Source: an uncultured delta proteobacterium | Lineage (GTDB): Bacteria > Myxococcota > Myxococcia > Myxococcales > Anaeromyxobacteraceae | Assembly (NCBI GenBank): GCA_963828255.1 | Contig: CAWHDZ010000009.1 | Span: 1-64,000 of the forward strand | DNA length: 64,000 bases | Direction: 5' to 3' | Shown here: piece by piece, positions 21,002 through 31,595 of the stretch | Layout: every line of letters begins with the position of its first letter | Numbering within the stretch: the stretch's first letter is position 1 | Position numbers and translations under genes: made by a program | Notes under the pieces: generated by a model | Seen by the model: the letters and a program-made list of their open reading frames with translations, nothing else | The model's database searches: none | What the model was told of the DNA's origin: nothing

Positions 21002-22273
21002 TCACCCCTGCTCGCGCGGCCGTTCCCGGACCAGCAGCGCGCAGGCGGCCCCCAGCGCCGCGGCCCCTGCGAGGACCAGGACGCCCCGCGACCAGGCGGA
21101 GGCCAGGTCGCCCTCCAGCCGTCCCCGATCGAGTTGCCAGCCGATGAGCGGCTGCAGGATCCCGGCCCCCAGGAAGACCCCCACGTTCACCACCGAGGTG
21201 GCCATCCCGGAGTGCTCGGGCCGGTTCACCTCCTTGGCCACCACCCAGGTGAGCGCGAAGCCCGGGACGAGGAGCCCCATCAGCGCGAACCAGGCCAGCG
21301 TGGCGGAGAGCGGCCAGCGGACGTCGAGGACCCAGGGCGCCCAGGAGAGCGCGAAGAGGGCGGTGTAGACCCGCATCACCACCCGCCGGTTTCCGAGCCG
21401 GTCGGAGATCGCGCCGACCAGGATGGCGCCAACGGCCACGCCGAGCAGGAGCGCGCTGGCGTGCTGGGCGGCGGTGACCTGCCGCATGCCGTGGACCTCC
21501 ACGAGGTACGGCACGGCCCAGAGCCCCGCGAAGGCGAGGAAGCTCCCCCCCACGCCGACGTTCACGAAGAACCCCGGCCAGGTGGCGGGGTTCTCGACCA
21601 CCTGGCGCAGCGCCCGCGCCCAGTGCTTTCGGGGTCCGGAGCCGGCCGAGGCCGGGTTCACCGAGGGGAAACCGGCGTCCTGGGGCCGGTCGCGCACCAG
21701 GGCCCAGGAGGCGATCGCGAAGGCCGCCGAGAGCGCCGAGAGCCCCACGAACACGGCGCGCCAGGAGGCCCAGGTGACCACCCAGGCCAGCGGCGCCCCG
21801 GCCACCACCGCGCCCAGGTTCCCGGCGAACATGGTCGCGCCGTTCAGGGTGGCGAAGCGGTTGGCGGGGAACCAGACCGCGTTCACCTTGAGCACGGCGA
21901 TGAAGGCCACCGAGACCCCCACGCCCACGAGGGTCCGGCCGGCGGCGGCCACCTCCCAGGCCGGCGAGAGCGCGAAGGTGAGCGAGCCCACCGCGGCGAC
22001 GACCGATCCCCAGGTGAGGAGCCGCCGCGGCCCCACGGTGTCGGCGAGCACGCCCACCGGGATCTGCAGCACCGTGTAGACGTAGAAGTAGGTGGCCGCC
22101 AGCGTGCCGAGGACGGCGCGGGGGATGTCGAAGCTGCGGGTCAGGTCGCCCGCCAGGCTGGCCGGCGCGGTGCGGTGGAAGAAGGAGAGGACGTAGCTCC
22201 CCAGCACCACCACCAGGACGATCCGCCGCGCTCGCCGGAACCGGCCATCTCCCGCTGCGGCGCCGACGGACAT
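21002..22273 (-). CDS. MFS transporter
   Basis: SFFHR.AP, YFYVY...QIPVG.LAD..GPRR; 12-TM pattern. Confidence 0.9.
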   Translation of the reverse strand: MSVGAAAGDGRFRRARRIVLVVVLGSYVLSFFHRTAPASLAGDLTRSFDIPRAVLGTLAATYFYVYTVLQIPVGVLADTVGPRRLLTWGSVVAAVGSLTFALSPAWEVAAAGRTLVGVGVSVAFIAVLKVNAVWFPANRFATLNGATMFAGNLGAVVAGAPLAWVVTWASWRAVFVGLSALSAAFAIASWALVRDRPQDAGFPSVNPASAGSGPRKHWARALRQVVENPATWPGFFVNVGVGGSFLAFAGLWAVPYLVEVHGMRQVTAAQHASALLLGVAVGAILVGAISDRLGNRRVVMRVYTALFALSWAPWVLDVRWPLSATLAWFALMGLLVPGFALTWVVAKEVNRPEHSGMATSVVNVGVFLGAGILQPLIGWQLDRGRLEGDLASAWSRGVLVLAGAAALGAACALLVRERPREQG

Positions 22274-22367
22274 CGGCGACTCATACCCGGACGCGTCGGG
22301 CGCATCCAGCCCATGACGCGGCGCGGCGCGATCGGCGCCGCCCGGGGCACTAGACTCCCCGGCACCG

Positions 22368-24329
22368 ATGGCCCACGACCTCACCTCCCCGCGTCCCAAT
22401 TCGCTCCTGGTGAAGCGGCGAAAGGTCATCGACCGCGCCTGGCTGGCCTACATCGAGGACGGGGTCGAGCCGGAGGGGCTGTCGGCGGAGATCGTCCGCT
22501 CCTGGCGGCGGGCCCGCGAGTCCTTCGGCGTGGACCCCACCATCCGGCGGGCGCTGCGGTCGCTTCCCGAGGGCGGCCTCGCGGAGCGGCGCCGGCGCGA
22601 CCCGGTATACCGCCTGGCCGAGCCGGTGCTCGAGGAGTTCGCCCAGCGGCTGGGATCGGTGCACCACGTCCTCGCCTACTTCGACGCCGCCGGCTGGATG
22701 CTCTCGCTCCAGGGCCACCCCGGCGTCATCGAGGGGGTCTCGGACATCAACTTCGCGCCGGGAGCCTGCTGGGCCGAGGAGTCGGCCGGCACCAACGGGC
22801 CGGGCACCGCCATCCGGGAGGGCCGTCCGGTCGAGGTCTTCGCCTCCGAGCACTTCGTGGCGGCCTGGCAGACCTGGTCCTGCGCCGGCGCCCCCGTCTT
22901 CCGCCCCGGCGAGTCGGCGCCGGTGGGGCTCGTGGACATCACCGGCCCCTGGGAGATCTACAGCCCCCAGGCCCTGCTCCTCGCCAAGGCCATCGCACGG
23001 AACGTGGAGGCGCGGCTGGCGCAGGCCCACGCGGTCAGGGACGAGGTGATCCGGTTCGCCTTCCGGTCCGGGCGCGGCTCCTCCGAGCCGCTCCTGGCCG
23101 TGGACACCGAGGGGCGCATCCTGGCCGCCAACCCGGCCGCGGCGGCGCGCATCGGGCTGCCCTCCGGGCGGCTCCCCACCGACCTGCGCGACATCGTGAA
23201 CCCGCTCCGGGCCGACTCCCCGCAGGCCGACCGCGTGGTCGAGTGGCGGGACCTGCGCCTCCTCAGCCAGCCGGTCCTCCACGACGGCTGCCCGGTGGGG
23301 TCGGTGCTCCGCGCCCTGGCCCCGCCCGCGGCCCCCGCACCCCTGCGCGGCCGCGCCTCCCCTCGCCCGGCGGCCCCGGTGCGCTGGAGCTTCGACAAGA
23401 TCCTCTCCGAGTGCGGGGCGCTCGAGCCGCCCCTCGAGGTGGCCCGGGTGGCCTCCCGCAACGCGCTGCCGGTGGTGATCTCCGGCGAGTCGGGCACCGG
23501 CAAGGAGCTCTTCGCCCAGGCCATCCACGGGGCCAGCGCCCGCGCTGCCGGGCCCTTCGTCGCCGTGAACTGCGGCTCCATCCCGGCCCCGCTGCTCGAG
23601 GCCGAGCTCTTCGGCTACGAGGCCGGCGCCTTCACCGGCGGCCGGAAGGACGGCAACGCCGGGAAGTTCGAGGAGGCCAGCGGCGGGACCCTCTTCCTCG
23701 ACGAGGTGAGCGAGCTCTCCTCCCAGGGCCAGACGGCGCTCCTTCGTGTCTTGCAGGAGCGGGAGATCGTCCGCCTGGGCGGCAGCACGCCGCGCAGGGT
23801 GGACGTGCGCATCGTCGCCGCCACCAACCGGGAGCTGCGGCCGGAGGTGGCCGCCCGGCGCTTCCGGCAGGACCTCTACTACCGGCTCGACGTGCTCTCG
23901 CTCGCCATCCCCCCGCTCCGGCAGCGGGTCGAGGACATCCCGCTGCTGGCCCAGGCCTTCCTCGAGCAGGCCGAGGCGGAGGTGGGCCGCACCGGGCTGC
24001 GCCTGTCCGACGAGGCGGTGGCCGCGCTGCAGGGCTTCACCTGGCCGGGAAACGTCCGGCAGCTGCAGAACGTGATCCTGCGCGCCGCCGCCATGGCCTC
24101 GGGGAACGAGATCCTGGCCTCGCACCTGCCCGCCGAGATTTCACGTGCAGTGAACAACCCTCCCCGGCCCGCCGCGCCGGCCGGCGACGGCCCCGAGCGG
24201 CAGGCCCTGGGGGCGCGTCTGGAGCGGCACGCCTGGAACGTGGCCCGGGCCGCCGAGGAGCTGGGCGTCTCCCGGATGACCCTCTACCGCAGGATGCAGC
24301 GGTTCGGGCTCGAGCGTCCTCGCCCCTGA
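22368..24329 (+). CDS. Sigma54-dependent activator, GAF-AAA+-HTH (AcoR-like)
   Basis: [37 protein letters not shown], Fis-type HTH. Confidence 0.93.
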   Translation: MAHDLTSPRPNSLLVKRRKVIDRAWLAYIEDGVEPEGLSAEIVRSWRRARESFGVDPTIRRALRSLPEGGLAERRRRDPVYRLAEPVLEEFAQRLGSVHHVLAYFDAAGWMLSLQGHPGVIEGVSDINFAPGACWAEESAGTNGPGTAIREGRPVEVFASEHFVAAWQTWSCAGAPVFRPGESAPVGLVDITGPWEIYSPQALLLAKAIARNVEARLAQAHAVRDEVIRFAFRSGRGSSEPLLAVDTEGRILAANPAAAARIGLPSGRLPTDLRDIVNPLRADSPQADRVVEWRDLRLLSQPVLHDGCPVGSVLRALAPPAAPAPLRGRASPRPAAPVRWSFDKILSECGALEPPLEVARVASRNALPVVISGESGTGKELFAQAIHGASARAAGPFVAVNCGSIPAPLLEAELFGYEAGAFTGGRKDGNAGKFEEASGGTLFLDEVSELSSQGQTALLRVLQEREIVRLGGSTPRRVDVRIVAATNRELRPEVAARRFRQDLYYRLDVLSLAIPPLRQRVEDIPLLAQAFLEQAEAEVGRTGLRLSDEAVAALQGFTWPGNVRQLQNVILRAAAMASGNEILASHLPAEISRAVNNPPRPAAPAGDGPERQALGARLERHAWNVARAAEELGVSRMTLYRRMQRFGLERPRP

Positions 24330-24347
24330 CCGCGCCCGCGCGCCCTC

Positions 24348-24746
24348 CTACCGCAGCAGGCCGGCCCCGCCCTCCCCCTCCGCCTCCTTCAGCGCCCGGT
24401 GCTCCTCGTCGCCGAAGACCCGGGAGCGGGTGAGGAAGCGCACCCCCTCCCCGTTCTCGAGCGAGAACATCCCCCCGCGGCCGGGCACCACGTCGATGAC
24501 CAGCTGGGTGTGGCGCCAGTACTCGAACTGGGCGGCGCCGATGAAGAAGCGGCACCCGCCAATCTCCCCGATGCACCGGTCGGAGTCGCCGGTGATGAGG
24601 TCGCCCTCGGCGTAGCACATGGGGGAGCTGCCGTCGCAGCAGCCCCCCGACTGGTGGAAGATGAGCGCCCCGTACCGCTCCCGCAGCCGGGCCACGAGGG
24701 CGAGGGCGCTCTCGGTGGCCACGACGCGGGGCGGAGGGGGCGGCAT
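24348..24746 (-). CDS. DUF779 family protein
   Basis: FHQSGGCCDGSSPMC...QFEYW.HTQL.IDVVPGRGG.FSLE; typical location downstream of an aldehyde dehydrogenase. Confidence 0.9.
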   Translation of the reverse strand: MPPPPPRVVATESALALVARLRERYGALIFHQSGGCCDGSSPMCYAEGDLITGDSDRCIGEIGGCRFFIGAAQFEYWRHTQLVIDVVPGRGGMFSLENGEGVRFLTRSRVFGDEEHRALKEAEGEGGAGLLR

Positions 24747-24758
24747 GGCGGAGGGCGC

Positions 24759-26279
<1,521 letters not shown>

Positions 26280-26325
26280 GGAACCTCCTGTGGGCGCGCG
26301 CGGGGCGCGGTGTGCCCGGGACAGG

Positions 26326-26342
26326 AGCAAGGAACGAACCAG
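26326..26342 (-). promoter_or_regulatory. Sigma54 promoter of aldB
   Basis: Minus strand CTGGTTCGTTCCTTGCT (GG-N10-GC); palindrome GTGACATGTCAC at 26416..26427 is a candidate enhancer. Confidence 0.7.
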
Positions 26343-26455
26343 CGGGATCGTGGGCGCAAGCCCCCGGAACGACTGGGCGCAAGCGCGAACGCACCCGGGG
26401 GACACCCGGGTGCGCGTGACATGTCACAGGGAAATGTTCGTGACGGGTGCGGGTG

Positions 26456-26662
26456 CTACCCCTCGCGCCGCTTCTTGCGCAGGGCCACGCTCTCGCCGCC
26501 GAGACCCCAGTTGTCGGGCTCGACCTCGTCGATGACCACCACGGTGGTGGCCGGGTTCTTCTTCAGGATGTCGTTCAGGAGGTTGGTGACGCCGCGGATG
26601 AGTGCGGCCTTCTGCTGCTTGCTCACCTTCTCCTTGACGAAGCGGATGTTGACGTACGGCAC
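26456..26662 (-). CDS. 4-oxalocrotonate tautomerase family protein
   Basis: N-terminal Pro (PYVNI), KAALI.GVT..L..IL.KNP..T.VVIDEV..DNWG.GG. Confidence 0.88.
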   Translation of the reverse strand: MPYVNIRFVKEKVSKQQKAALIRGVTNLLNDILKKNPATTVVVIDEVEPDNWGLGGESVALRKKRREG

Positions 26663-26856
26663 GATTCCTCCTCGGCGAGGGGATGGCCGGCGTCGGGCCG
26701 GGACCTCGCGGCCCGCAGTTTCGCACTCCTCGAACGAAAGGCAACACCATCCTCGCCACACCATCCTCACCGTCGCCTGTCCCGGTCCTCGCGGCCGGAG
26801 CGCTGCGCGCGGCGCTTCCCCTCCGCGCCCCCGCAGCGCGATAATCCACGTCCGTC

Positions 26857-28539
26857 ATGAAGATCGCGATCCAGCTCGTCGAGGTGCTCGCGGTCTTCGT
26901 GGTCATCTTCTACCTGTACTGCCGCTCGCCGGCCTTCCGGCCGCTCATGCCGGACTGGCCGCGGCCCCGCGGCAAGTTCCGCCTGTACTTCGTCTTCTCG
27001 GGCATCGCCATCCTGGGCAACTACCTGGGGGTCCCCGTCGTCGAGGGGCAGGCCATCGTCAACGCCCGGGCGGTGGGCTCGGTTCTGGCCGGCCTGCTGG
27101 GCGGCCCGGTGCTGGGGATCCTGGTGGGCCTGACCGCGGGCGTCCACCGCGTCACCGCACTGGGCGGCGCAGCGGCGCTGGCGGGCGCCGTCGCGACCAC
27201 GCTGGAGGGCGGGCTGGGCGGCATGGTCCACCTGTGGCTGAAGCGCAAGCCGGACGTGCTGATGACGCCCGGGGTGGCCTTCGTCACCACGCTCCTCGGC
27301 GAGATCATGCACATGGGGATCGTGCTGCTGCTCACCCACCCGTACGCGCGCGCCGTCGCGGTGGTGGAGGCCATCGCCCTCCCCATGATCGCCATGAACC
27401 CGCTGGGCGCCGCGCTCTTCATGATGGTGCTGGCGGAGCGGCAGCGCGAGGAGGACCGCGTGGCCGCCGCCTCGTCGGAGCGCGCCCTCAAGGTCGCCGA
27501 GCGCTCCCTCGAGCTGATGGCCCGCGGCTTCCGGCCGGCCGTGGCCACCGACCTCGCCACCATCGTGCGGGAGGAGACCGGCGTGGGGGCCGTGGGCGTG
27601 ACCGACACCGAGCGCATCCTGGGCTGGTCCGGCCTGGGCGGGGACCACCACCGGCCGGGGAGACCCATCGCCTCGCCGTACACGAAGCAGGCCCTGGCCT
27701 CCAACACCGTGGTCTTCGCCGACGGCGTCCGGCAGGCCTACGACTGCACCGTCTCCCCGTCCTGCCCGCTCAGCTCGGTGCTCATCGTCCCGCTCCAGGT
27801 GGACGGAACGGTGGTGGGCACGGTGCAGCTCTTCGAGCCGCGGGGCCGCCGCTTCCTCAACATGAACCGGTCGCTGGGCGAGGGGCTCGGTGCGCTGCTC
27901 TCCAGCCAGCTCCTCATCTCCCGCTACCAGGAGCAGAAGAGCCTGCTGGTCCTCTCCGAGCTCAAGCTGGCGCGCGCCCAGGTCAACCCGCACTTCCTGT
28001 TCAACGCGCTCAACACCATCATCGCCATCCTCCGGCGCGACGCCGACCGGTCGCGCGAGCTGCTCATCCACCTCTCCAACTTCTTCCGCAAGAACCTGAA
28101 GCGCTCGAGCGACGTCTCCACGCTGGCCGAGGAGATGGAGCACGTGGGCGCCTACCTCGAGATCGAGAAGGCCCGCTTCGAGGGGAGGATCGTCGTCGAG
28201 ACCGACGTCGACCCGGCGCTGGCGACGCTCACCATGCCCTCCTTCACCCTCCAGCCGCTGGTGGAGAACGCCTTCAAGCACGGGGTGTCGAGCCTGCTCG
28301 GGGAGGGCCGGGTCTCCATCCGGGCCCGGCGCCGCGACGGCGCGGTGGTGGTGGAGGTCGAGGACAACGCCGGGGCCTGGCAGGAGCCTGCCGACGGGAC
28401 CGGCCTGGGCATGCAGATCGTCGACAAGCGCGTGAAGAACCTGTACGGCGCGACCTACGGGGTCTCTGTCGAGTGCACGCCCCACGAGCTCACCCGCGTG
28501 ACCCTGCGCCTGCCCGCCGAAGGGACCCTCCCCGCATGA
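26857..28539 (+). CDS. LytS/YehU-type sensor histidine kinase (BtsS-like)
   Basis: 5TM-5TMR_LYT (N.RAVG..LAGLLGGP..G), GAF, AQVNPHFLFNALNTI, LQPLVENA.KHG. Confidence 0.93.
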   Translation: MKIAIQLVEVLAVFVVIFYLYCRSPAFRPLMPDWPRPRGKFRLYFVFSGIAILGNYLGVPVVEGQAIVNARAVGSVLAGLLGGPVLGILVGLTAGVHRVTALGGAAALAGAVATTLEGGLGGMVHLWLKRKPDVLMTPGVAFVTTLLGEIMHMGIVLLLTHPYARAVAVVEAIALPMIAMNPLGAALFMMVLAERQREEDRVAAASSERALKVAERSLELMARGFRPAVATDLATIVREETGVGAVGVTDTERILGWSGLGGDHHRPGRPIASPYTKQALASNTVVFADGVRQAYDCTVSPSCPLSSVLIVPLQVDGTVVGTVQLFEPRGRRFLNMNRSLGEGLGALLSSQLLISRYQEQKSLLVLSELKLARAQVNPHFLFNALNTIIAILRRDADRSRELLIHLSNFFRKNLKRSSDVSTLAEEMEHVGAYLEIEKARFEGRIVVETDVDPALATLTMPSFTLQPLVENAFKHGVSSLLGEGRVSIRARRRDGAVVVEVEDNAGAWQEPADGTGLGMQIVDKRVKNLYGATYGVSVECTPHELTRVTLRLPAEGTLPA

Positions 28540-29243
28540 TGCGCGCACTCATCGTGGACGACGAGGTGCACGCACGGGACGAGCTGGCCTCGCTCCTCCG
28601 GGAGACCGGAGCCTTCGACCTGGTGGGCGCCTGCGCCGACGCGGTGAGCGCGCTGCAGGCCATCCGCTCCGAGCGGCCCGCCGTGGTCTTCCTCGACATC
28701 CAGATGCCGGCCATCTCAGGCTTCGAGCTCCTCTCGATGATCGACGACGCCGAGCTGCCCCGGGTGGTCTTCGTCACCGCGCACGACGAGTACGCGCTGC
28801 AGGCCTTCGAGAAGAATGCCGTGGACTACCTCCTCAAGCCGGTGTCCCGGGAGCGGCTGGCCCGGACCGTGGAGCGGCTCCGGCTCGAGCCGGCGGATCC
28901 CGAGATGGCCACCCGGATGCGCTCGCCCATCGGCCGCATCCCCTGCCAGTCGGGCAAGGCCATCAAGCTGCTCGACGCCTCGGAGATCGAGTTCGCCCGC
29001 TCCAGCGAGGCCGGGGTCTACGTGGTCTGCCCCAGAGGGGAGTTCTTCACCGAACTCACCCTCCACGTGCTCGAGGCGCGCGCCGGCCTCACCCGGTGCC
29101 ACAAGCAGTACCTGGTGCGCCTCGACCGGGTCGAGGAAGTCCGCCTGGGCGACGGAGTCGCTACGCTCCATACCCGTTCGGGTAAGGACGTCCCGGTGAG
29201 CCGACGCCTCCTCCCGGCGATTCGCGAGCGCCTGGGGATCTGA
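28536..29243 (+). CDS. LytTR response regulator (BtsR/YehT-like)
   Basis: Receiver (VDDE, FLDIQMP, FVTA.DEYAL.AFE..AVDYLLKP) plus LytTR (RCHKQYLV, VPVSRR); ATGA overlap. Confidence 0.93.
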   Translation: MMRALIVDDEVHARDELASLLRETGAFDLVGACADAVSALQAIRSERPAVVFLDIQMPAISGFELLSMIDDAELPRVVFVTAHDEYALQAFEKNAVDYLLKPVSRERLARTVERLRLEPADPEMATRMRSPIGRIPCQSGKAIKLLDASEIEFARSSEAGVYVVCPRGEFFTELTLHVLEARAGLTRCHKQYLVRLDRVEEVRLGDGVATLHTRSGKDVPVSRRLLPAIRERLGI

Positions 29244-29246
29244 GCG

Positions 29247-29298
29247 GCCGATCACCCCCTGCATTCCGCCGTTCACCTCTCCCCTTCGACCGATCGCC
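29247..29298 (+). promoter_or_regulatory. Three LytTR-type direct repeats at 21-bp period
   Basis: GCCGATCACC (29247), GCCGTTCACC (29268), ACCGATCGCC (29289). Confidence 0.75.
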
Positions 29299-29386
29299 CG
29301 GATGGTTCCCCGGCCGGGGATCCGGCTGTGGCACACCATCCGGGATCCCTCGCCCCAGGCGCCCGCCTTCCGGAGGAGCAAACGAC

Positions 29387-31021
29387 ATGGTCTGGACCCA
29401 GATTTATGCCCCCGTAGCCAACAGCATCCTCATCTCGGCGCTGGTCGCGGCCATCCCCATCATCCTGCTGCTCGGGGCCCTGGCCTTCTTCCACATCAAG
29501 GCCCACTGGGCCGCCGTCCTCGGCCTCATCTCGGCCTGGGCGGTCGCAGTCTTCGTCTACGGGATGCCCGCCGGCATGGCCACGATGTCGGCCGTGAACG
29601 GGGCGCTCTTCGGCCTGCTCCCCATCGGCTGGATCATCCTGAACGCCATCTTCGTCTACGACATCACGGTGAAGACCGGGAAGTTCGAGGTGGTGAAGGA
29701 CACCATCGCGGGCATCGCCGCCGACCGGCGCATCCAGGTGCTGCTCATCGGCTTCTCCTTCGGCGCCTTCATCGAGGGCGCGGCGGGCTTCGGCACGCCG
29801 GTGGCCATCTCGGCCGCCATGCTCATCGGCCTGGGCTTCAAGCCGCTGGCCGCCGCCGGCCTGGCCCTCATCGGCAACACCGCCCCGGTGGCCTTCGGCG
29901 CGCTCGGCACCCCCATCATCACGCTGGCCAAGGTGACCGGCCTCCCGGAGATGCAGCTCTCGGCCATGGTCGGGCGCCAGTTGCCCTTCTTCTCGCTCAT
30001 CGTGCCCTTCTGGCTGGTGTGGGCCATGTCCGGGTTCAAGGGCATGGTCGAGGTCTGGCCGGCCTGCCTCGTCGCCGGGCTCTTCTTCGCCATCCCGCAG
30101 TTCGTGGTCTCCAACTTCTTCGGCCCGTCCCTCGTGGACATCGTCGCCGCCATCGTCTCCATCGGCGCCATGTACCTTCTCCTCAAGTTCTGGCAGCCCA
30201 AGAAGATCTGGCGCTTCGAGGAGGAGCGGGAGACCGCCCACGCCGTGATCAAGAAGCACTCGGGCGGGGAGGCCTTCATGGCCTGGATGCCCTGGATCGT
30301 CCTCACCGTCCTGGTCTTCGTCTGGGGCCTCCCGTCGGTGAAGACCTGGCTGAACGGCATCTTCGCTCCGTCCTTCGAGATGAGCGGGCTTCACAACCTG
30401 GTGCAGAAGATCCCTCCCGTCGCGAAGAAGCCGTCGCTCGAGGCGGCCAAGTACACCTTCAACCTGCTCTCCGCGACCGGCACCGGGCTCCTGCTCACCG
30501 GCATCATCTCCGGCCTGTGGCTCGGCATGGGGGGCGCCGCCCTGGTGAAGACCTACTTCGGGACCCTCCACCGCATCCGCTTCTCGCTCATGACCATCGC
30601 CGCCATGCTGGCGCTGGGCTACGTGACCAAGTTCTCCGGTTCCGACTCGACGATGGGTCTCGCCTTCGCGTCCACCGGGGCGCTCTTCCCCTTCTTCTCC
30701 CCCATGCTCGGCTGGCTGGGCGTGGCGCTGACCGGTTCGGACACCTCGTCCAACGTGCTCTTCGGCAATCTTCAAGTGGTTTCGGCCGAGAAGCTCGGCA
30801 TGTCGCCCATCCTGGCGGCTGCGTCCAACAGCTCGGGCGGCGTCATGGGCAAGATGATCGACGCCCAGTCCATCGTGGTGGCCGCCGTGGCCACCGGCGA
30901 GCATGGCAAGGAGGGCGAGATCCTGCGCTACGTCTTCTGGCACAGCCTCGTCCTCGCCTGCCTGGTCGGCGTGCTGGTCTTCCTGCAGCACAACTACATG
31001 CAGTGGATGATCCCGCACTAG
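29387..31021 (+). CDS. lctP: L-lactate permease
   Basis: DRRIQ.LLI.F.FGAF.EGAAGFGTPVAI, NTAPVAFGALG.P, LTGSDTSSN.LFG.LQ, GGV.GKMI..QSI. Confidence 0.93.
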   Translation: MVWTQIYAPVANSILISALVAAIPIILLLGALAFFHIKAHWAAVLGLISAWAVAVFVYGMPAGMATMSAVNGALFGLLPIGWIILNAIFVYDITVKTGKFEVVKDTIAGIAADRRIQVLLIGFSFGAFIEGAAGFGTPVAISAAMLIGLGFKPLAAAGLALIGNTAPVAFGALGTPIITLAKVTGLPEMQLSAMVGRQLPFFSLIVPFWLVWAMSGFKGMVEVWPACLVAGLFFAIPQFVVSNFFGPSLVDIVAAIVSIGAMYLLLKFWQPKKIWRFEEERETAHAVIKKHSGGEAFMAWMPWIVLTVLVFVWGLPSVKTWLNGIFAPSFEMSGLHNLVQKIPPVAKKPSLEAAKYTFNLLSATGTGLLLTGIISGLWLGMGGAALVKTYFGTLHRIRFSLMTIAAMLALGYVTKFSGSDSTMGLAFASTGALFPFFSPMLGWLGVALTGSDTSSNVLFGNLQVVSAEKLGMSPILAAASNSSGGVMGKMIDAQSIVVAAVATGEHGKEGEILRYVFWHSLVLACLVGVLVFLQHNYMQWMIPH

Positions 31022-31040
31022 CGGGGGAATCGAGGCCGCC

Positions 31041-31595
31041 ATGTTCGAGACCTTCCAGACGAAGGCGCAGGCGGTCAGTGCAGAGGTCCACAGGGCGCCC
31101 GCCGGCGCCCAGGCACTGGACCTCGTCCTCGCGGTGCTCGGCCGCGAGGGCGTAGGGGATGCGCCGGGCGAGCGCGCCGTGTGGTGCGGAGGACCGATCC
31201 TGGGGTCGCTCCTCGACCGCGATGCGCTCGTCCGCCGCTTCCCTGGTCTCTCCTTCGAGGTGACCCGGGAGCGCGCGGCCGAGAGCCGCGTCGGGATCAC
31301 CGAGTTCCAGTGGGGGCTGGCCGCGACGGGGACCATCGCGCAGGACGCGACCGACCCTCGCCTCCGGCTCGCCTCCATGCTCCCCGAGGTCCACGTGGCG
31401 CTCTTCCCGACCTCGGGCCTCCTTCCCGACCTGGACGCATTGCTCGAGCGGGTGGACCCCACCCGGGCCCGCTACCTGGCCTGCGTCACCGGCCCGAGCC
31501 GGACCGCCGACATCGAGCGCGTCCTCACCATCGGTGTCCACGGCCCCAAGAAGCTCGTCATCATCGCCGTGGACGGCGAGAGCGGAGCCGCGTGA
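31041..31595 (+). CDS. lutC: Lactate utilisation protein C (LUD domain)
   Basis: G.A.TGT, RLASMLP.VHVA, TGPSRTADIERVLTIGVHGP. Confidence 0.88.
   Translation: MFETFQTKAQAVSAEVHRAPAGAQALDLVLAVLGREGVGDAPGERAVWCGGPILGSLLDRDALVRRFPGLSFEVTRERAAESRVGITEFQWGLAATGTIAQDATDPRLRLASMLPEVHVALFPTSGLLPDLDALLERVDPTRARYLACVTGPSRTADIERVLTIGVHGPKKLVIIAVDGESGAA

Noticed and set aside
20903..24433. 1176-aa Arg/Gly/Pro-rich ORF
   Set aside because: Shadow of the MFS and sigma54 activator genes; no domain motifs.
29329..29345. TGGCAC upstream of lctP as a sigma54 promoter
   Set aside because: No GC at the required -12 position.
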